Assembly: GCA_964635905.1 (NCBI GenBank) | Contig: CAZWPK010000001.1 | Location: forward strand, 4,894 to 68,893 | Direction: 5' to 3' | Source: an uncultured Pseudomonadales bacterium | Lineage (GTDB): Bacteria; Patescibacteriota; Microgenomatia; UBA1400; UBA12028 | Length of the DNA: 64,000 bases | The notes under the pieces: model-generated | Told to the model about the DNA's origin: nothing | The model's database searches: none | Seen by the model: the letters and a program-made list of their open reading frames with translations, nothing else | Made by a program: the position numbers and the translations under genes | Shown here: positions 1 through 9,151 of the stretch, piece by piece | Numbering within the stretch: position 1 is the first letter of the stretch | How the letters are laid out: every line of letters begins with the position of its first letter

Positions 1-293
1 TTCAAGGAATGGAAGCCATTTATCAGGAGGCGGGGAAATCAATTCTTCTGACCAATCAGCAATTTTTGTATCAGAACGATGGAGTGTATTCCATTCACCA
101 AGTAGGCCTTTGATATACTCAAGGATATGGCACTTAATCGAGAATGGCATCTCCAAAATAAAATGCCAAAAAATCCGACCAAAGATCAACGAATTGTTTG
201 GCATCGCAACCATGCACAACATTGTGATTGTCGAAAGATGCCAAGTTTTATCCAAGCAGAAATTGAAAAGCAAACACAAAAAGAGGAATCGTC

Positions 294-845
294 ATGAACC
301 GCTATGCAATTTTACTTCGTGGGATTAATGTAGGTGGCAAAAATAAAGTACCAATGGCCAAGCTAAAAATCTTCTTGGAAGAATTGGGATGTCAGAATGT
401 TCGACCCTATATTCAAAGTGGCAATGTGATTGTGGACTCCCCAGATGGTGCAAAAAAACTAACCCAACGCATCGAAGAAGGACTCTCAACAACTTTTTCC
501 CTTGAAAGCTCGACCATCAAAACCTTAGTTCTTACTCCTGGTGCGTTATCGCAAGTGGTTGAGAATCGACCGCCACAGTTTGGTGATAAACCTGACACGT
601 ATCATAGCGACGTCATTTTTTTGATTGGAATTTCTGTGAACGATGTCAAAGAGTATTTTCATCCCAAAGAAGGGGTAGATTCGATTTGGTTTGGAGACAA
701 GGTTGTGTATTCGCAACGGCTGAGTGCAAAACGGACACAAAGCAGACTTAGTCGGATTGTTGGTAGCCCTGTGTATGCATCAATGACCATCCGGAATTGG
801 AATACGACAAGAAAGCTTCTGCAAATGATTAAAGAATCGTCGTAA
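294..845 (+). CDS. DUF1697 family protein
   Basis: N-terminus MNRYAILLRGINVGGKNKVPM is the typical DUF1697 start. Full 183-aa ORF with ATG. Confidence 0.55.
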   Translation: MNRYAILLRGINVGGKNKVPMAKLKIFLEELGCQNVRPYIQSGNVIVDSPDGAKKLTQRIEEGLSTTFSLESSTIKTLVLTPGALSQVVENRPPQFGDKPDTYHSDVIFLIGISVNDVKEYFHPKEGVDSIWFGDKVVYSQRLSAKRTQSRLSRIVGSPVYASMTIRNWNTTRKLLQMIKESS

Positions 846-904
846 AAAAAGGTCGTGATGCGTCTCACTGACACAATCAGCCAAACTAGATAGTCTATTG
901 GCAT

Positions 905-1270
905 ATGACATTAAAAGTACTGGCTAAAATCATTTGCTGGGGGGTTGCTTTGTGGCTGGCAGGATACGTATTAGGGATTCTCTTTTTCATGATCGCTCCT
1001 CCCGGTTTGATTGGTTGGTTGATCATGCCCATCGGAGTAGTGTTAACGCTGTGGGTGATATGGACGAAGTTTCGCCAGGATCTTTCTACACAGGCAGTTT
1101 GGATCGGATTTATCTGGATGTTACTGGCAATTATTTTGGACTATTTTTTCCTTGTAAAGGTTTTTAAACCAGAAGATGGCTACTACAAGCTGGATGTGTA
1201 TCTGTACTACGGGAGTACACTTCTTCTCCCATTGATTGCCGCACGACTGCAGCAGTCACGCAACGACTAG
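905..1270 (+). CDS. hypothetical small integral membrane protein (3-4 predicted TM helices)
   Basis: 121-aa ORF, strongly hydrophobic helices (WGVALWLAGYVLGILFFMIAPPGLIGWLIMPIGVVLTLWVIW). No recognisable motif. Confidence 0.4.
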   Translation: MTLKVLAKIICWGVALWLAGYVLGILFFMIAPPGLIGWLIMPIGVVLTLWVIWTKFRQDLSTQAVWIGFIWMLLAIILDYFFLVKVFKPEDGYYKLDVYLYYGSTLLLPLIAARLQQSRND

Positions 1271-2769
1271 GATGAGAGCGCAGAATCCGTGATGATACTA
1301 ACTTGCGAAAGAAGCTCGGGAGTCCATCGCGTCAAACGCTGTGAGGGGAGTAATAGTACCCGACTTGGGTTCAATTCACTCACGAATTCTTCTGTATGAC
1401 TGACGAGTAATAAAGTGCCCGTGTATGCTTTGAGTGCCTCTAAGATGACCCGCTGGCTTAACACATCTAAGTAGGTGGTTGGTTCATCTAACACTAAAAC
1501 GTTGTAGGGGTGGGTCATCAACATCGCAATGGAAAGTCTGGTTTTTTCTCCTCCTGATAAGGTGCCTACCCGTTGTTTCAGCCGTTCGGGATCAAAGAGG
1601 AAACGACGCAAGAACGTGGGAATTTTCTCAGCAGGAATCGTGTGCTCAGAAAGTAACGTCTCGAATACAGTTTGTTGGTCATCTAATGTTTGACTCTCCT
1701 GAGAGTAGTACCCTAATACTAACGCGTCACTTACAATGATCGAACCTTCATCAGGAGCAAGCGATCCAGTCAGCATTCTAATTAACGTTGTCTTTCCAAC
1801 CCCATTGGGTCCAATGAGGGCAAAACGTTCACCGCGAAGCAGTTCAAAGGATAAATCCGAAATAATGCTTCGGTTTTCAAATGACTTTGAAAGATGTGCG
1901 GCACGCAAAGGTACCTGCCCAATAGGGGAGGGATTTGGAAACTTCGCTTTAAAGGTTTTCAGTTCCGTTGGCAGTTCCGGTAATTTATCTTTTAAGCGTT
2001 CGATTTTTCGTTCTTGCATCACGCGTTGATGGACACCTTTTTTTGAGGTGAATTTTCGTAAATTGACAAGTCCTTTTTCCATACGGGTAATGTGCTTCTG
2101 TTCATTGAGTACTTTGCGCGTCAGGAGCCGGTCTTTTTGAGATTTCAACTTCACGAAAGCGGAATAGTTTCCCGTATAGGCTTCGATGGTATGAGAATGA
2201 GGATCTAAGAACAACACTTGTTGGATGTGGCGGTCTAAGAGCTGCAAGTCATGCGAGACAACAAGGACTGTGAATGGGTAGTTTGCAAGAAATTGCATGA
2301 CCCATTGTTTCCCAGCCGTATCCAGAAAGTTCGTGGGCTCATCTAATAGTAAAATATCGGGTTGAAGTAAGAACGCTCGTACTAAAGCAAGTTTTGTTTT
2401 TTGTCCTCCACTTAAATCCGCGAGTGCTCCATATTTTTGCTGCCAGTCGAATTCTAATCCGGACATAATGGTCTGAATGGTATGGCGGGGATGCAAACTT
2501 TGTGGGTCAACATACGCATAGATGGATTCGGCGGCAGAGAGTGCAGGATCATACTTTACTTCTTGTGGGACCATAGACAGCGAACCGTCAATTTGGAGTG
2601 TTCCATCGGAAGGGAATTCTTGCTTGCACAGCAGTTTAAAAAGTGTTGATTTTCCAGCCCCATTTGGGCCTACGATGCCGACTTTGGAGTTTCTGCCAAT
2701 GGAAAAACTGACCTCGTCAAAAATAGGACCATACCCATAGGAAAAATTGAGGTTACTCGCGCGAATCAT
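1267..2769 (-). CDS. ABC-F family ATPase (tandem ABC domains, no transmembrane domain; EttA/Uup/YheS-like translation factor type)
   Basis: Two Walker A motifs (GPNGAGKST, GPNGVGKTT). Two ABC signatures (LSGGQKTKLAL, LSGGEKTRLSI). Charged interdomain linker. Start trimmed to the internal ATG at 2769 (MIRASNL...), because the longer ORF adds a non-conserved 36-aa extension. Confidence 0.85.
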   Translation of the reverse strand: MIRASNLNFSYGYGPIFDEVSFSIGRNSKVGIVGPNGAGKSTLFKLLCKQEFPSDGTLQIDGSLSMVPQEVKYDPALSAAESIYAYVDPQSLHPRHTIQTIMSGLEFDWQQKYGALADLSGGQKTKLALVRAFLLQPDILLLDEPTNFLDTAGKQWVMQFLANYPFTVLVVSHDLQLLDRHIQQVLFLDPHSHTIEAYTGNYSAFVKLKSQKDRLLTRKVLNEQKHITRMEKGLVNLRKFTSKKGVHQRVMQERKIERLKDKLPELPTELKTFKAKFPNPSPIGQVPLRAAHLSKSFENRSIISDLSFELLRGERFALIGPNGVGKTTLIRMLTGSLAPDEGSIIVSDALVLGYYSQESQTLDDQQTVFETLLSEHTIPAEKIPTFLRRFLFDPERLKQRVGTLSGGEKTRLSIAMLMTHPYNVLVLDEPTTYLDVLSQRVILEALKAYTGTLLLVSHTEEFVSELNPSRVLLLPSQRLTRWTPELLSQVSIITDSALSS

Positions 2770-2804
2770 AGGGTGTATTCTCTCACAGATTGTAGAGGAA
2801 CAGG

Positions 2805-3131
2805 ATGAACCGATATACTGATTGGACGATGGCATCTGTTTGGGGTGACTTCCTCCTCTGTTTACATTTACTGGCAATTTTGTTCTTTTTTCTGCTGGGA
2901 TGGATTCTCCCTTGGGAGATCATGGTTGTGCTTGGTATTGTCCATCAGCTTCATTTACGCGCTTTCCATGGCTGTATCCTCACAAATTATGAGAAGCGAG
3001 TGCATGCAATTCCACGACGAATGGAGTTCTTTGAGTATGTGGTGCAACGTTTCTTTCAAAAAAAATATCTAAGAAGCAAGGGGAGTGGATCAGTATGCTC
3101 ATTTTTTTGGCAGCCCTCTGTGTGTCGGTAA
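2805..3131 (+). CDS. hypothetical small membrane protein (possibly DUF2784-like)
   Basis: 108-aa ORF with two hydrophobic helices followed by a HGCILT motif. The family assignment is only from memory. Confidence 0.35.
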   Translation: MNRYTDWTMASVWGDFLLCLHLLAILFFFLLGWILPWEIMVVLGIVHQLHLRAFHGCILTNYEKRVHAIPRRMEFFEYVVQRFFQKKYLRSKGSGSVCSFFWQPSVCR

Positions 3132-3206
3132 TTCGAACCAGTGGGATTCTGTAATCTGCCAGCACTGTGACAACTCCTCCAACTAGTTGAGGGATATCTG
3201 AAACGA

Positions 3207-4001
3207 TTACTCAATCCACTCTTGGGCAGGAACGGATAAGTCGATTCCAATAAAGGACGCGCCCGAAGGATCCGCAATCATAACGATCGTACCCTGAGGT
3301 ACCTCTTTCGTCATATGTACCTTCCCTCCAAGTTGGGCGACTTTATCAATGGTTGCGGCTGCATCCTCAATTGTAAAATAGACCATCCACATGGGAGGCA
3401 TCGGAGCCATTTCTTCAGTAATCTGCATGATGCCACCGTTTGGTCGCCCATTATTGGAGATGACCATGTAGTCGCTGCTTTCCACTGACGGAGCAAATGT
3501 CCACCCGAAAAGCGTGGTATAAAAATTCATCGCAACTGTTACATCGGAAGTGTACAGTTCGTTCCAGCTCATCGCCCCTACGGTATTCACCAAACCCGCG
3601 CCAATGTGTTTTCCTGGTTGCCAGAGAAAGAGTCGCGCCCCGGTTGGATCTTGAATCCCAGCCATGCGTCCAGAGTCGAGCACATCCATTGCCGGTAGAG
3701 TAATTGTAGCCCCTGCAGACTGTGCCTGTTGAATCTTTGCTTCAAGGTTATCGACCGAGACGAAACTGCTCCACATCGACGGCATTTGTTCCATACCTGG
3801 TGCCATCGCACTTGCACCCGCGACATACTTTCCGTGTAAGGAGAACATGGTATAGTCCATCCCTGGTTGTCCGGTTGGCATATCTTCTGCAGTCCAACCC
3901 AGTAATGACGTCATGAAGGTCTTCGTTGCCGCAACATCATGCGAGGCGACGTCCGCCCACGAGAATGTTCCTTGGGGGTACTTTGTAACGGTAAATGGCA
4001 T
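3207..4001 (-). CDS. VOC (glyoxalase/bleomycin-resistance/dioxygenase) superfamily protein, tandem two-domain
   Basis: 264 aa with two repeated halves of glyoxalase-like composition (GxxHxxF..G..F.D.DG type). RBS AGGAG 7 nt upstream of the ATG at 4001. Confidence 0.55.
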   Translation of the reverse strand: MPFTVTKYPQGTFSWADVASHDVAATKTFMTSLLGWTAEDMPTGQPGMDYTMFSLHGKYVAGASAMAPGMEQMPSMWSSFVSVDNLEAKIQQAQSAGATITLPAMDVLDSGRMAGIQDPTGARLFLWQPGKHIGAGLVNTVGAMSWNELYTSDVTVAMNFYTTLFGWTFAPSVESSDYMVISNNGRPNGGIMQITEEMAPMPPMWMVYFTIEDAAATIDKVAQLGGKVHMTKEVPQGTIVMIADPSGASFIGIDLSVPAQEWIE

Positions 4002-4016
4002 ATTACTCCTTCTAAA

Positions 4017-4038
4017 GTGATCTATATCACAGTATACT
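4017..4038 (+). promoter_or_regulatory. GTGAT-N4-ATCAC inverted repeat (Crp/Fnr-type operator) abutting a TATACT -10 element. Lies in the divergent VOC/MFS intergenic region.
   Basis: Sequence aGTGATctatATCACagTATACTag read directly. The same palindrome type occurs upstream of pflB at 18696-18711. Confidence 0.3.
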
Positions 4039-4074
4039 AGGCGGTATTCCCGTTGCCTATTACTAAAGTTTTCT

Positions 4075-5367
4075 ATGCGAGTCTTTTATCAATTATTAGC
4101 GAATACATTGATTAGTTCTATTACGACCTCAACAGTCTGGTTTGCGGTGATTTTCTATCTGTACTTGCAAACACAATCGGTGTTGTCGACCTCGATTTTA
4201 TCGGGTGTGTATTTAGTCTGTGTCGCTCTCACGGGTATTTGGTTTGGAAGCATTGTGGATCATCAGAAGAAAAAGACTGCGATGCTGTTATCCAACGGCC
4301 TTTCGCTGTTTTTTTTCTCGATCGTGTTTGTTCTGTACATCACTGCACCATCTGGTACGTTTACCTCGCTTTCAAATCCTTTAGTCTGGTTCTTTATTCC
4401 TCTTACCTTATTTGGAGTGATTGCAGGAAATATCCGAATGATCGCACTACCAACTGTAGTCACGTTACTCATTCCGGAAAAGCAGCGGGACAAGGCGAAT
4501 GGATTAGTGGGTACAGTCTCCGGTGTCGGGTTTTTAGTCACCTCGGTGATCAGTGGATTTTTAGTTGGGCATTCAGGGATGTATTGGGTGCTCCTGCTTG
4601 CGATCGGAAGCATTCTTGCCTCCACCATTCATTTGTTGTCGATCTCGATCCCGGAAAAAAAGATCGTCGCAACCCATGAACATCCAAAAAAAATCGATTT
4701 AAGAGGAACGATTCGCATTATTTCTTCCATTCCAGGCTTACTACCTTTGATTTTCTTTACAATGTTTAACAACTTTCTTGGCGGTGTCTTTATGGCACTC
4801 ATGGATGCGTATGGATTGTCGCTCGTGTCCGTTCAAGTGTGGGGATTATTGTGGGGAGGATTGAGCTGTGCGTTTATTCTAGGTGGAATCATTATTGCCA
4901 AATACGGGTTAGGCAAAAATCCTCTCTGGGCATTGTTTCGTTCGAATTTCATTATTTGGGGGATTTGTTGTTTCTTTACCGCGCAACCGTCCATCCTACT
5001 CTTAGCGGCTGGTGCATTTGTTTACCTTACCGTTGTTCCGTATATTGAAGCTGCAGAACACACCATTATTCAAAAAGTGGTCCCAGCACAACGACAGGGG
5101 AGGGTATTTGGGTTTGCGCAGAGTATCGAACAATGCGCTTCACCCATTACTGCTTTTGCGATTGGGCCAATTGCTCAATTTTATTTCATTCCTTTTATGA
5201 CAACAGGGCTGGGTGCGAGTGCAATTGGAAGCTGGTTTGGCACAGGGCCTAACCGAGGAATTGCGCTAGTATTCACGTTGGCAGGGATCATCGGTCTGTT
5301 GATGACATTTGCCGCAAAACAGTCACCCTATTATCGACAGCTCTCAAAGTATTATCAAACGGAATAA
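4075..5367 (+). CDS. MFS transporter (EntS/macrolide-efflux-like, 12 TM)
   Basis: 430 aa, about 12 hydrophobic segments. Typical MFS loop between TM2 and TM3 (GSIVDHQKKKTAML). Confidence 0.75.
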   Translation: MRVFYQLLANTLISSITTSTVWFAVIFYLYLQTQSVLSTSILSGVYLVCVALTGIWFGSIVDHQKKKTAMLLSNGLSLFFFSIVFVLYITAPSGTFTSLSNPLVWFFIPLTLFGVIAGNIRMIALPTVVTLLIPEKQRDKANGLVGTVSGVGFLVTSVISGFLVGHSGMYWVLLLAIGSILASTIHLLSISIPEKKIVATHEHPKKIDLRGTIRIISSIPGLLPLIFFTMFNNFLGGVFMALMDAYGLSLVSVQVWGLLWGGLSCAFILGGIIIAKYGLGKNPLWALFRSNFIIWGICCFFTAQPSILLLAAGAFVYLTVVPYIEAAEHTIIQKVVPAQRQGRVFGFAQSIEQCASPITAFAIGPIAQFYFIPFMTTGLGASAIGSWFGTGPNRGIALVFTLAGIIGLLMTFAAKQSPYYRQLSKYYQTE

Positions 5368-5399
5368 TCTTTAAATAGTTATTCTAGGAAAGGACACCT

Positions 5400-5759
5400 A
5401 TGCTACAGTCTGTTTCACTCATGATCGGATCCAATAAGCCCGATCAGTTAGCGGCATTTTATGAAAAGGTATTGGGCAAACCTGCAGATTATGCAGATAA
5501 AGGTTGGTTTGGTTTCCAGATTGGCTCAACTTTTGTCTCGATAGGGGAGCATTCTGAGGTAAAAGAGAGTGCACTAGAACCGCAACGCATCATGTTTAAC
5601 TTTGAAACCGCAGATGTTTCAGCCGAGTTTGAACGGATCAAAGCTTTAGGTGCCACCGTTATCAAAGAACCCTACGAGATGGAAGGTGGGATGATTGCCA
5701 CCTTTGCAGACGTGGATGGAAACTATTTTCAACTCATGTTACCCTGGAAGTCGATGTAG
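5400..5759 (+). CDS. VOC/glyoxalase family protein (single domain)
   Basis: 119 aa, glyoxalase-fold composition (FQIGSTFVSIGEH...ATFADVDGNYFQL). RBS-like GGAAAGGA upstream. Confidence 0.55.
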   Translation: MLQSVSLMIGSNKPDQLAAFYEKVLGKPADYADKGWFGFQIGSTFVSIGEHSEVKESALEPQRIMFNFETADVSAEFERIKALGATVIKEPYEMEGGMIATFADVDGNYFQLMLPWKSM

Positions 5760-5775
5760 TGGCGACAGCTATTGT

Positions 5776-6600
5776 TTACAAAAAGAATAGATTTTTAGCG
5801 GCCATCCACAGAATTCTAGCTTTGGATGGCTTGATTTTCTTTCGATAGACGATAAAAGGATCTCTAGCAATCGCGTTAGCCGTCCACTTATAGAGATCGG
5901 AGGCCGTTTTAATCGGAACTAAATACTTTTTAGGCAGATACTGGAAACCCTTTTCAGCCTGTTTCTGCCAACGTGCATAGCGTTGCAATTGAAACGCCAT
6001 AAATGTATTAAAACTGTCAGGTTTTTGGCTAGTTTCGTCATAACTTAAGTTTGATAATCCAAATTTCTCTAAATCCTGTCGTGGAAAATATTGACGACCT
6101 AGCTCCACATCCTCTTGCACATCACGAATAAAGTTTAGAAACTGAAAACTTGTTCCAAGCATCTGTGCTGTGGCGTATGCTTCTTTTGGGAGATTTAAAA
6201 TTTTGGCAACGAATAATCCAATGACATCTGCGGATCCATAAATATAGCGCTGTGTATCCACAATTGTGGCGTATTGTTTGATCGAGAGATCGTGTTCCAT
6301 CGCTGACAAAAAGCTCTCGGTCCATTCCTCTGGGAACTGTTTTTCCTTTGCAAGCGTGACAAAGGCTTTAATCACCGGGTCACTCACGGGTTTTCCTTTG
6401 AGCGCCGCTCGATAGCTAGCAACAAATGCGTGAAAACCTTTTTTATCTTGGGGAATTTGATCCACTAAATCATCTGCTTTTCGGACGAATCCGTACAGAA
6501 TCGTAATTTCTTCCCGGGTAGATTTTGGAAAAAAGATACTGCTCGTGAAGAATGTTTTGCTTCCTTTTTTAAAGAGGTGAGCACTTTCAATAGGAACCAT
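5776..6600 (-). CDS. crtB: phytoene synthase (15-cis-phytoene synthase; squalene/phytoene synthase family)
   Basis: Motifs ILYGFVRKADDLVD (first Asp-rich box), YIYGSADVIGLF and FQFLNFIRDVQEDVELGRQYFP (second Asp-rich region). Start set to the ATG at 6600, which overlaps the crtI stop by 14 nt. The longer ORF would overlap crtI by about 290 nt. Confidence 0.8.
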   Translation of the reverse strand: MVPIESAHLFKKGSKTFFTSSIFFPKSTREEITILYGFVRKADDLVDQIPQDKKGFHAFVASYRAALKGKPVSDPVIKAFVTLAKEKQFPEEWTESFLSAMEHDLSIKQYATIVDTQRYIYGSADVIGLFVAKILNLPKEAYATAQMLGTSFQFLNFIRDVQEDVELGRQYFPRQDLEKFGLSNLSYDETSQKPDSFNTFMAFQLQRYARWQKQAEKGFQYLPKKYLVPIKTASDLYKWTANAIARDPFIVYRKKIKPSKARILWMAAKNLFFL

Positions 6601-8074
6601 AGAGTCGTTGTATTTCCTTACTAACAATACGTCCCGAAAGTAAACAAATGGGAACACCAATTCCAGGAATTGTTGACTGACCGGTATAGAAAAGATTTGA
6701 CACTTTCTTACTTTGGAATTGTGGCCGAAACATGGCTGTTTGTTTGAAGGTGTGGGCGATCCCATACGCGTTACCCTTGTGCGCATGAAAGTCCGATATA
6801 AACTCCGAAATTCCATACAACTTTTTAACCACGATATGGCTGTGAATAGTGGTGTGAAGTTGGTCTTCAAGATCTGCAATGATACTGTTCGATAGTTGTT
6901 CTCTTTTTTTTATGGAATCTGGCAAACCAGCACTGAGAGGAATCAAGATGGTGAGCGTTTCATGTCCTTTCGGGGCGACCGTTGGATCTGTTTTCGATGG
7001 ACAGGACACATAGTAAAGTGGTTTCTTGGGCCAGCTTGGTGTGTCGTTAAGCTCTTTTAACCCTTGATCCCAATCATTGTGAAAAAAGAGTGTGTGATGA
7101 AGCAATCCCGGAATCTTTTTCCGGATACCCAAGTGCACTAACAATGCGGAAGGAGCTAAGGTGAGCGTATCCCAATACCTACTGGAGTAGGATTGGGACT
7201 TTTTGGGAAGTAATGTTGTTTCGGTATGCATGTAGTCGCCGCTTGAAACTAACACGTCTAGAGGGAAACGTCGTCCATCGGTGGAGTGGACAGCAGATAC
7301 TTGGTTATCTCTAAGTGTTACGGATTGAACTTCGCAATTACAATGGATGGTCACACCCAATTCTTTTGCAAGTCGAACAATACCGTCAATAACGGCACGA
7401 AACCCTGTGTGGGGATACCAAGTTCCTAGGTTTAAATCGACATGATTCATTAAACTATAGACGGCAGGTACGTCCTTTGGAGATCCTGCTAAAAAGAATA
7501 AGGGAAACTCCAGAAGTTTACGAATCTTTAGCGATGAAAATTGTCGTGAATAAAAACGGTGCGCGGATTGGAAGCCATTATAATTTTGTAGAAGTTTTAT
7601 GCCTGCATGAATGAGGGTAGGATTGAGGAGATCCTTAAGGGAACGGAACGGGTAGGGAACAAAATAACGCATCGCGAGATCATAGGTGCGTTGCGTCTTT
7701 TGTAGTAATCGTGTTAGCTTCTCCCCAGCGCCCATTTCAAGCATCTCAAAGAGGGCAATTTGATCGGATCTCTTGGTTGGTAGATCAATCGCTGCATCGT
7801 TAAACACAACCCGATAGGAGGGTGAAAGACGCTGGAGGGTATAGAACTCTGCTACTGATTTTCCAAAGTCAGAGAAGAATTGCTCAAAAATCTCTGGCAT
7901 CCAATACCAGCTTGGTCCAAAGTCAAAAGAGAAGCCTTTCTCCTTCACGGTATGTGCGCGACCACCAACCCAAGCATTCTTTTCTAGGATCGTCACTTTA
8001 TAACCTGCTTTGGCTAAGTAGCAGGCTGTCGCCAATCCAGAAAATCCAGCCCCAATAATAACAATCTCTTTCAT
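6587..8074 (-). CDS. crtI: phytoene desaturase (FAD-dependent, CrtI family)
   Basis: N-terminal dinucleotide-binding motif IVIIGAGFSGLATACYLAKAGYKVTILEKNAWVGGRA. 495 aa. The ATG overlaps the upstream cyclase stop (ATGA). Confidence 0.85.
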   Translation of the reverse strand: MKEIVIIGAGFSGLATACYLAKAGYKVTILEKNAWVGGRAHTVKEKGFSFDFGPSWYWMPEIFEQFFSDFGKSVAEFYTLQRLSPSYRVVFNDAAIDLPTKRSDQIALFEMLEMGAGEKLTRLLQKTQRTYDLAMRYFVPYPFRSLKDLLNPTLIHAGIKLLQNYNGFQSAHRFYSRQFSSLKIRKLLEFPLFFLAGSPKDVPAVYSLMNHVDLNLGTWYPHTGFRAVIDGIVRLAKELGVTIHCNCEVQSVTLRDNQVSAVHSTDGRRFPLDVLVSSGDYMHTETTLLPKKSQSYSSRYWDTLTLAPSALLVHLGIRKKIPGLLHHTLFFHNDWDQGLKELNDTPSWPKKPLYYVSCPSKTDPTVAPKGHETLTILIPLSAGLPDSIKKREQLSNSIIADLEDQLHTTIHSHIVVKKLYGISEFISDFHAHKGNAYGIAHTFKQTAMFRPQFQSKKVSNLFYTGQSTIPGIGVPICLLSGRIVSKEIQRLYGSY

Positions 8075-8367
8075 AGACTTTTTTTCTTTCCTCGTTCAAA
8101 GAGAACGAGGTTGAGGGTGATCATGGAAAAGCCAAAGAGATAGTTTTCGATTGGCACAAAAAGCACACGAATTCCCAGAATAATTTCAGGGTTAAAAAAC
8201 ACATATGGTCTACCGGATATGACATTATCAACGACGGATGCCAAGAGTATCACGACTCCATGCAGTACCCAGAACGTTTTCCGTTTGACGAGCTTTGTTT
8301 GACACCATTGATCCAGTAATAGAACAACAGTTACTGCCAGAATAGAGATAAGGAGATATTCTTTCAT
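8071..8367 (-). CDS. crtYd: lycopene cyclase domain protein (heterodimeric lycopene beta-cyclase subunit, CrtYd-type)
   Basis: 98-aa membrane protein with the PxE(E/N)(Y/L)LF motif (PIENYLFGF) of the CrtYcd lycopene-cyclase domain. ATGA overlap with both neighbours. Confidence 0.65.
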   Translation of the reverse strand: MKEYLLISILAVTVVLLLDQWCQTKLVKRKTFWVLHGVVILLASVVDNVISGRPYVFFNPEIILGIRVLFVPIENYLFGFSMITLNLVLFERGKKKSL

Positions 8368-8726
8368 GATACGGTTTTAAAATGATGTGTTAGTGCGTCG
8401 ATGAGTTCACGTTTGGTCGGATAGACATTGAGTATTCCCCAGATCAACAAACACGCTTGCGGAATGAGGAAAAAGAATAAATATTCTTCCAAGGGGAGTC
8501 CTAAAAAGGAAATACCTGAAAGATAGACAGGGTTAAACGACCAGTGCGCACGCTCTACGGCAAGAATGTCCCAACCAATAAAGGGGATTGCGGCAAGAAA
8601 AATGGTCGGTTGAAACAGTCGTAATCCCGATTTTTTTCGAAATTTTGTATGAATCACTACGAATAAAAACGGCACGATCCAACTAGTAGTGACAAGTGTA
8701 GCGTATTCTAGATGAGAAGGAATCAT
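8364..8726 (-). CDS. crtYc: lycopene cyclase domain protein (heterodimeric lycopene beta-cyclase subunit, CrtYc-type)
   Basis: 120-aa membrane protein with GLPLEEYLFFF (PxEE motif of the lycopene cyclase domain). It is the first gene of the minus-strand crt operon. Confidence 0.65.
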   Translation of the reverse strand: MIPSHLEYATLVTTSWIVPFLFVVIHTKFRKKSGLRLFQPTIFLAAIPFIGWDILAVERAHWSFNPVYLSGISFLGLPLEEYLFFFLIPQACLLIWGILNVYPTKRELIDALTHHFKTVS

Positions 8727-8785
8727 AAAAGTATTTAAGTTATTTTAATAAATTAATCGTTAAAAGTCACCTTAAGTACGCTAGA

Positions 8786-9106
8786 ATGCATACCATGGAA
8801 TTCAAAGATCGAGTCTATGCCTGTATTCGAGAAATCCCTCCAGGAAAAGTTGCAACTTACAAACAGGTGGCAACGTTAGTGGGTAGTCCCAATGCCGCAC
8901 GAGCTGTTGGTTTCTGCATGAAAACAAACCCAGATGCACCACGTACACCATGCCATCGTGTCGTTGCTTCGGATGGAAGTTTAACCGGCTATTCAGCAGG
9001 GAATGGCATTACCACAAAAAAACAGATGTTGCTGTTAGAAGGTGTTCTCTTTAAACGAGAAAAAGTTGATTTGTCCCAGTCATTATGGCAGCCCCAAGAA
9101 AGATAA
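8786..9106 (+). CDS. MGMT-family methylated-DNA--protein-cysteine methyltransferase, DNA-binding/active-site domain only
   Basis: PCHRVV active-site motif with the acceptor Cys retained (so not an ATL-type protein). 106 aa. An alternative start exists at ATG 8795, 7 nt after a TAGAAT box. Confidence 0.65.
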   Translation: MHTMEFKDRVYACIREIPPGKVATYKQVATLVGSPNAARAVGFCMKTNPDAPRTPCHRVVASDGSLTGYSAGNGITTKKQMLLLEGVLFKREKVDLSQSLWQPQER

Positions 9107-9151
9107 AAGCCATTGGAGTTGGAATGTCGATGTGGATGACAAACGCTACTC

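Noticed and set aside
2-328. Stop-free frame running from the window edge to 328 on the plus strand (the track lists only 110-328)
   Set aside because: It could be the 3' end of a gene that begins upstream of the window. However, the translation is low-complexity and basic (KQKLKSKHKKRNRH), overlaps the DUF1697 start, and has no recognisable motif. There is insufficient support to call it a gene.
1479-2029. Plus-strand ORFs (86-97 aa) inside the ABC-F gene, and similar antisense ORFs inside acs, pflB, the RND gene and the large unknown proteins
   Set aside because: They are embedded antisense to, or out of frame within, well-supported genes. They lack RBS and conservation signals. They are typical shadow ORFs.
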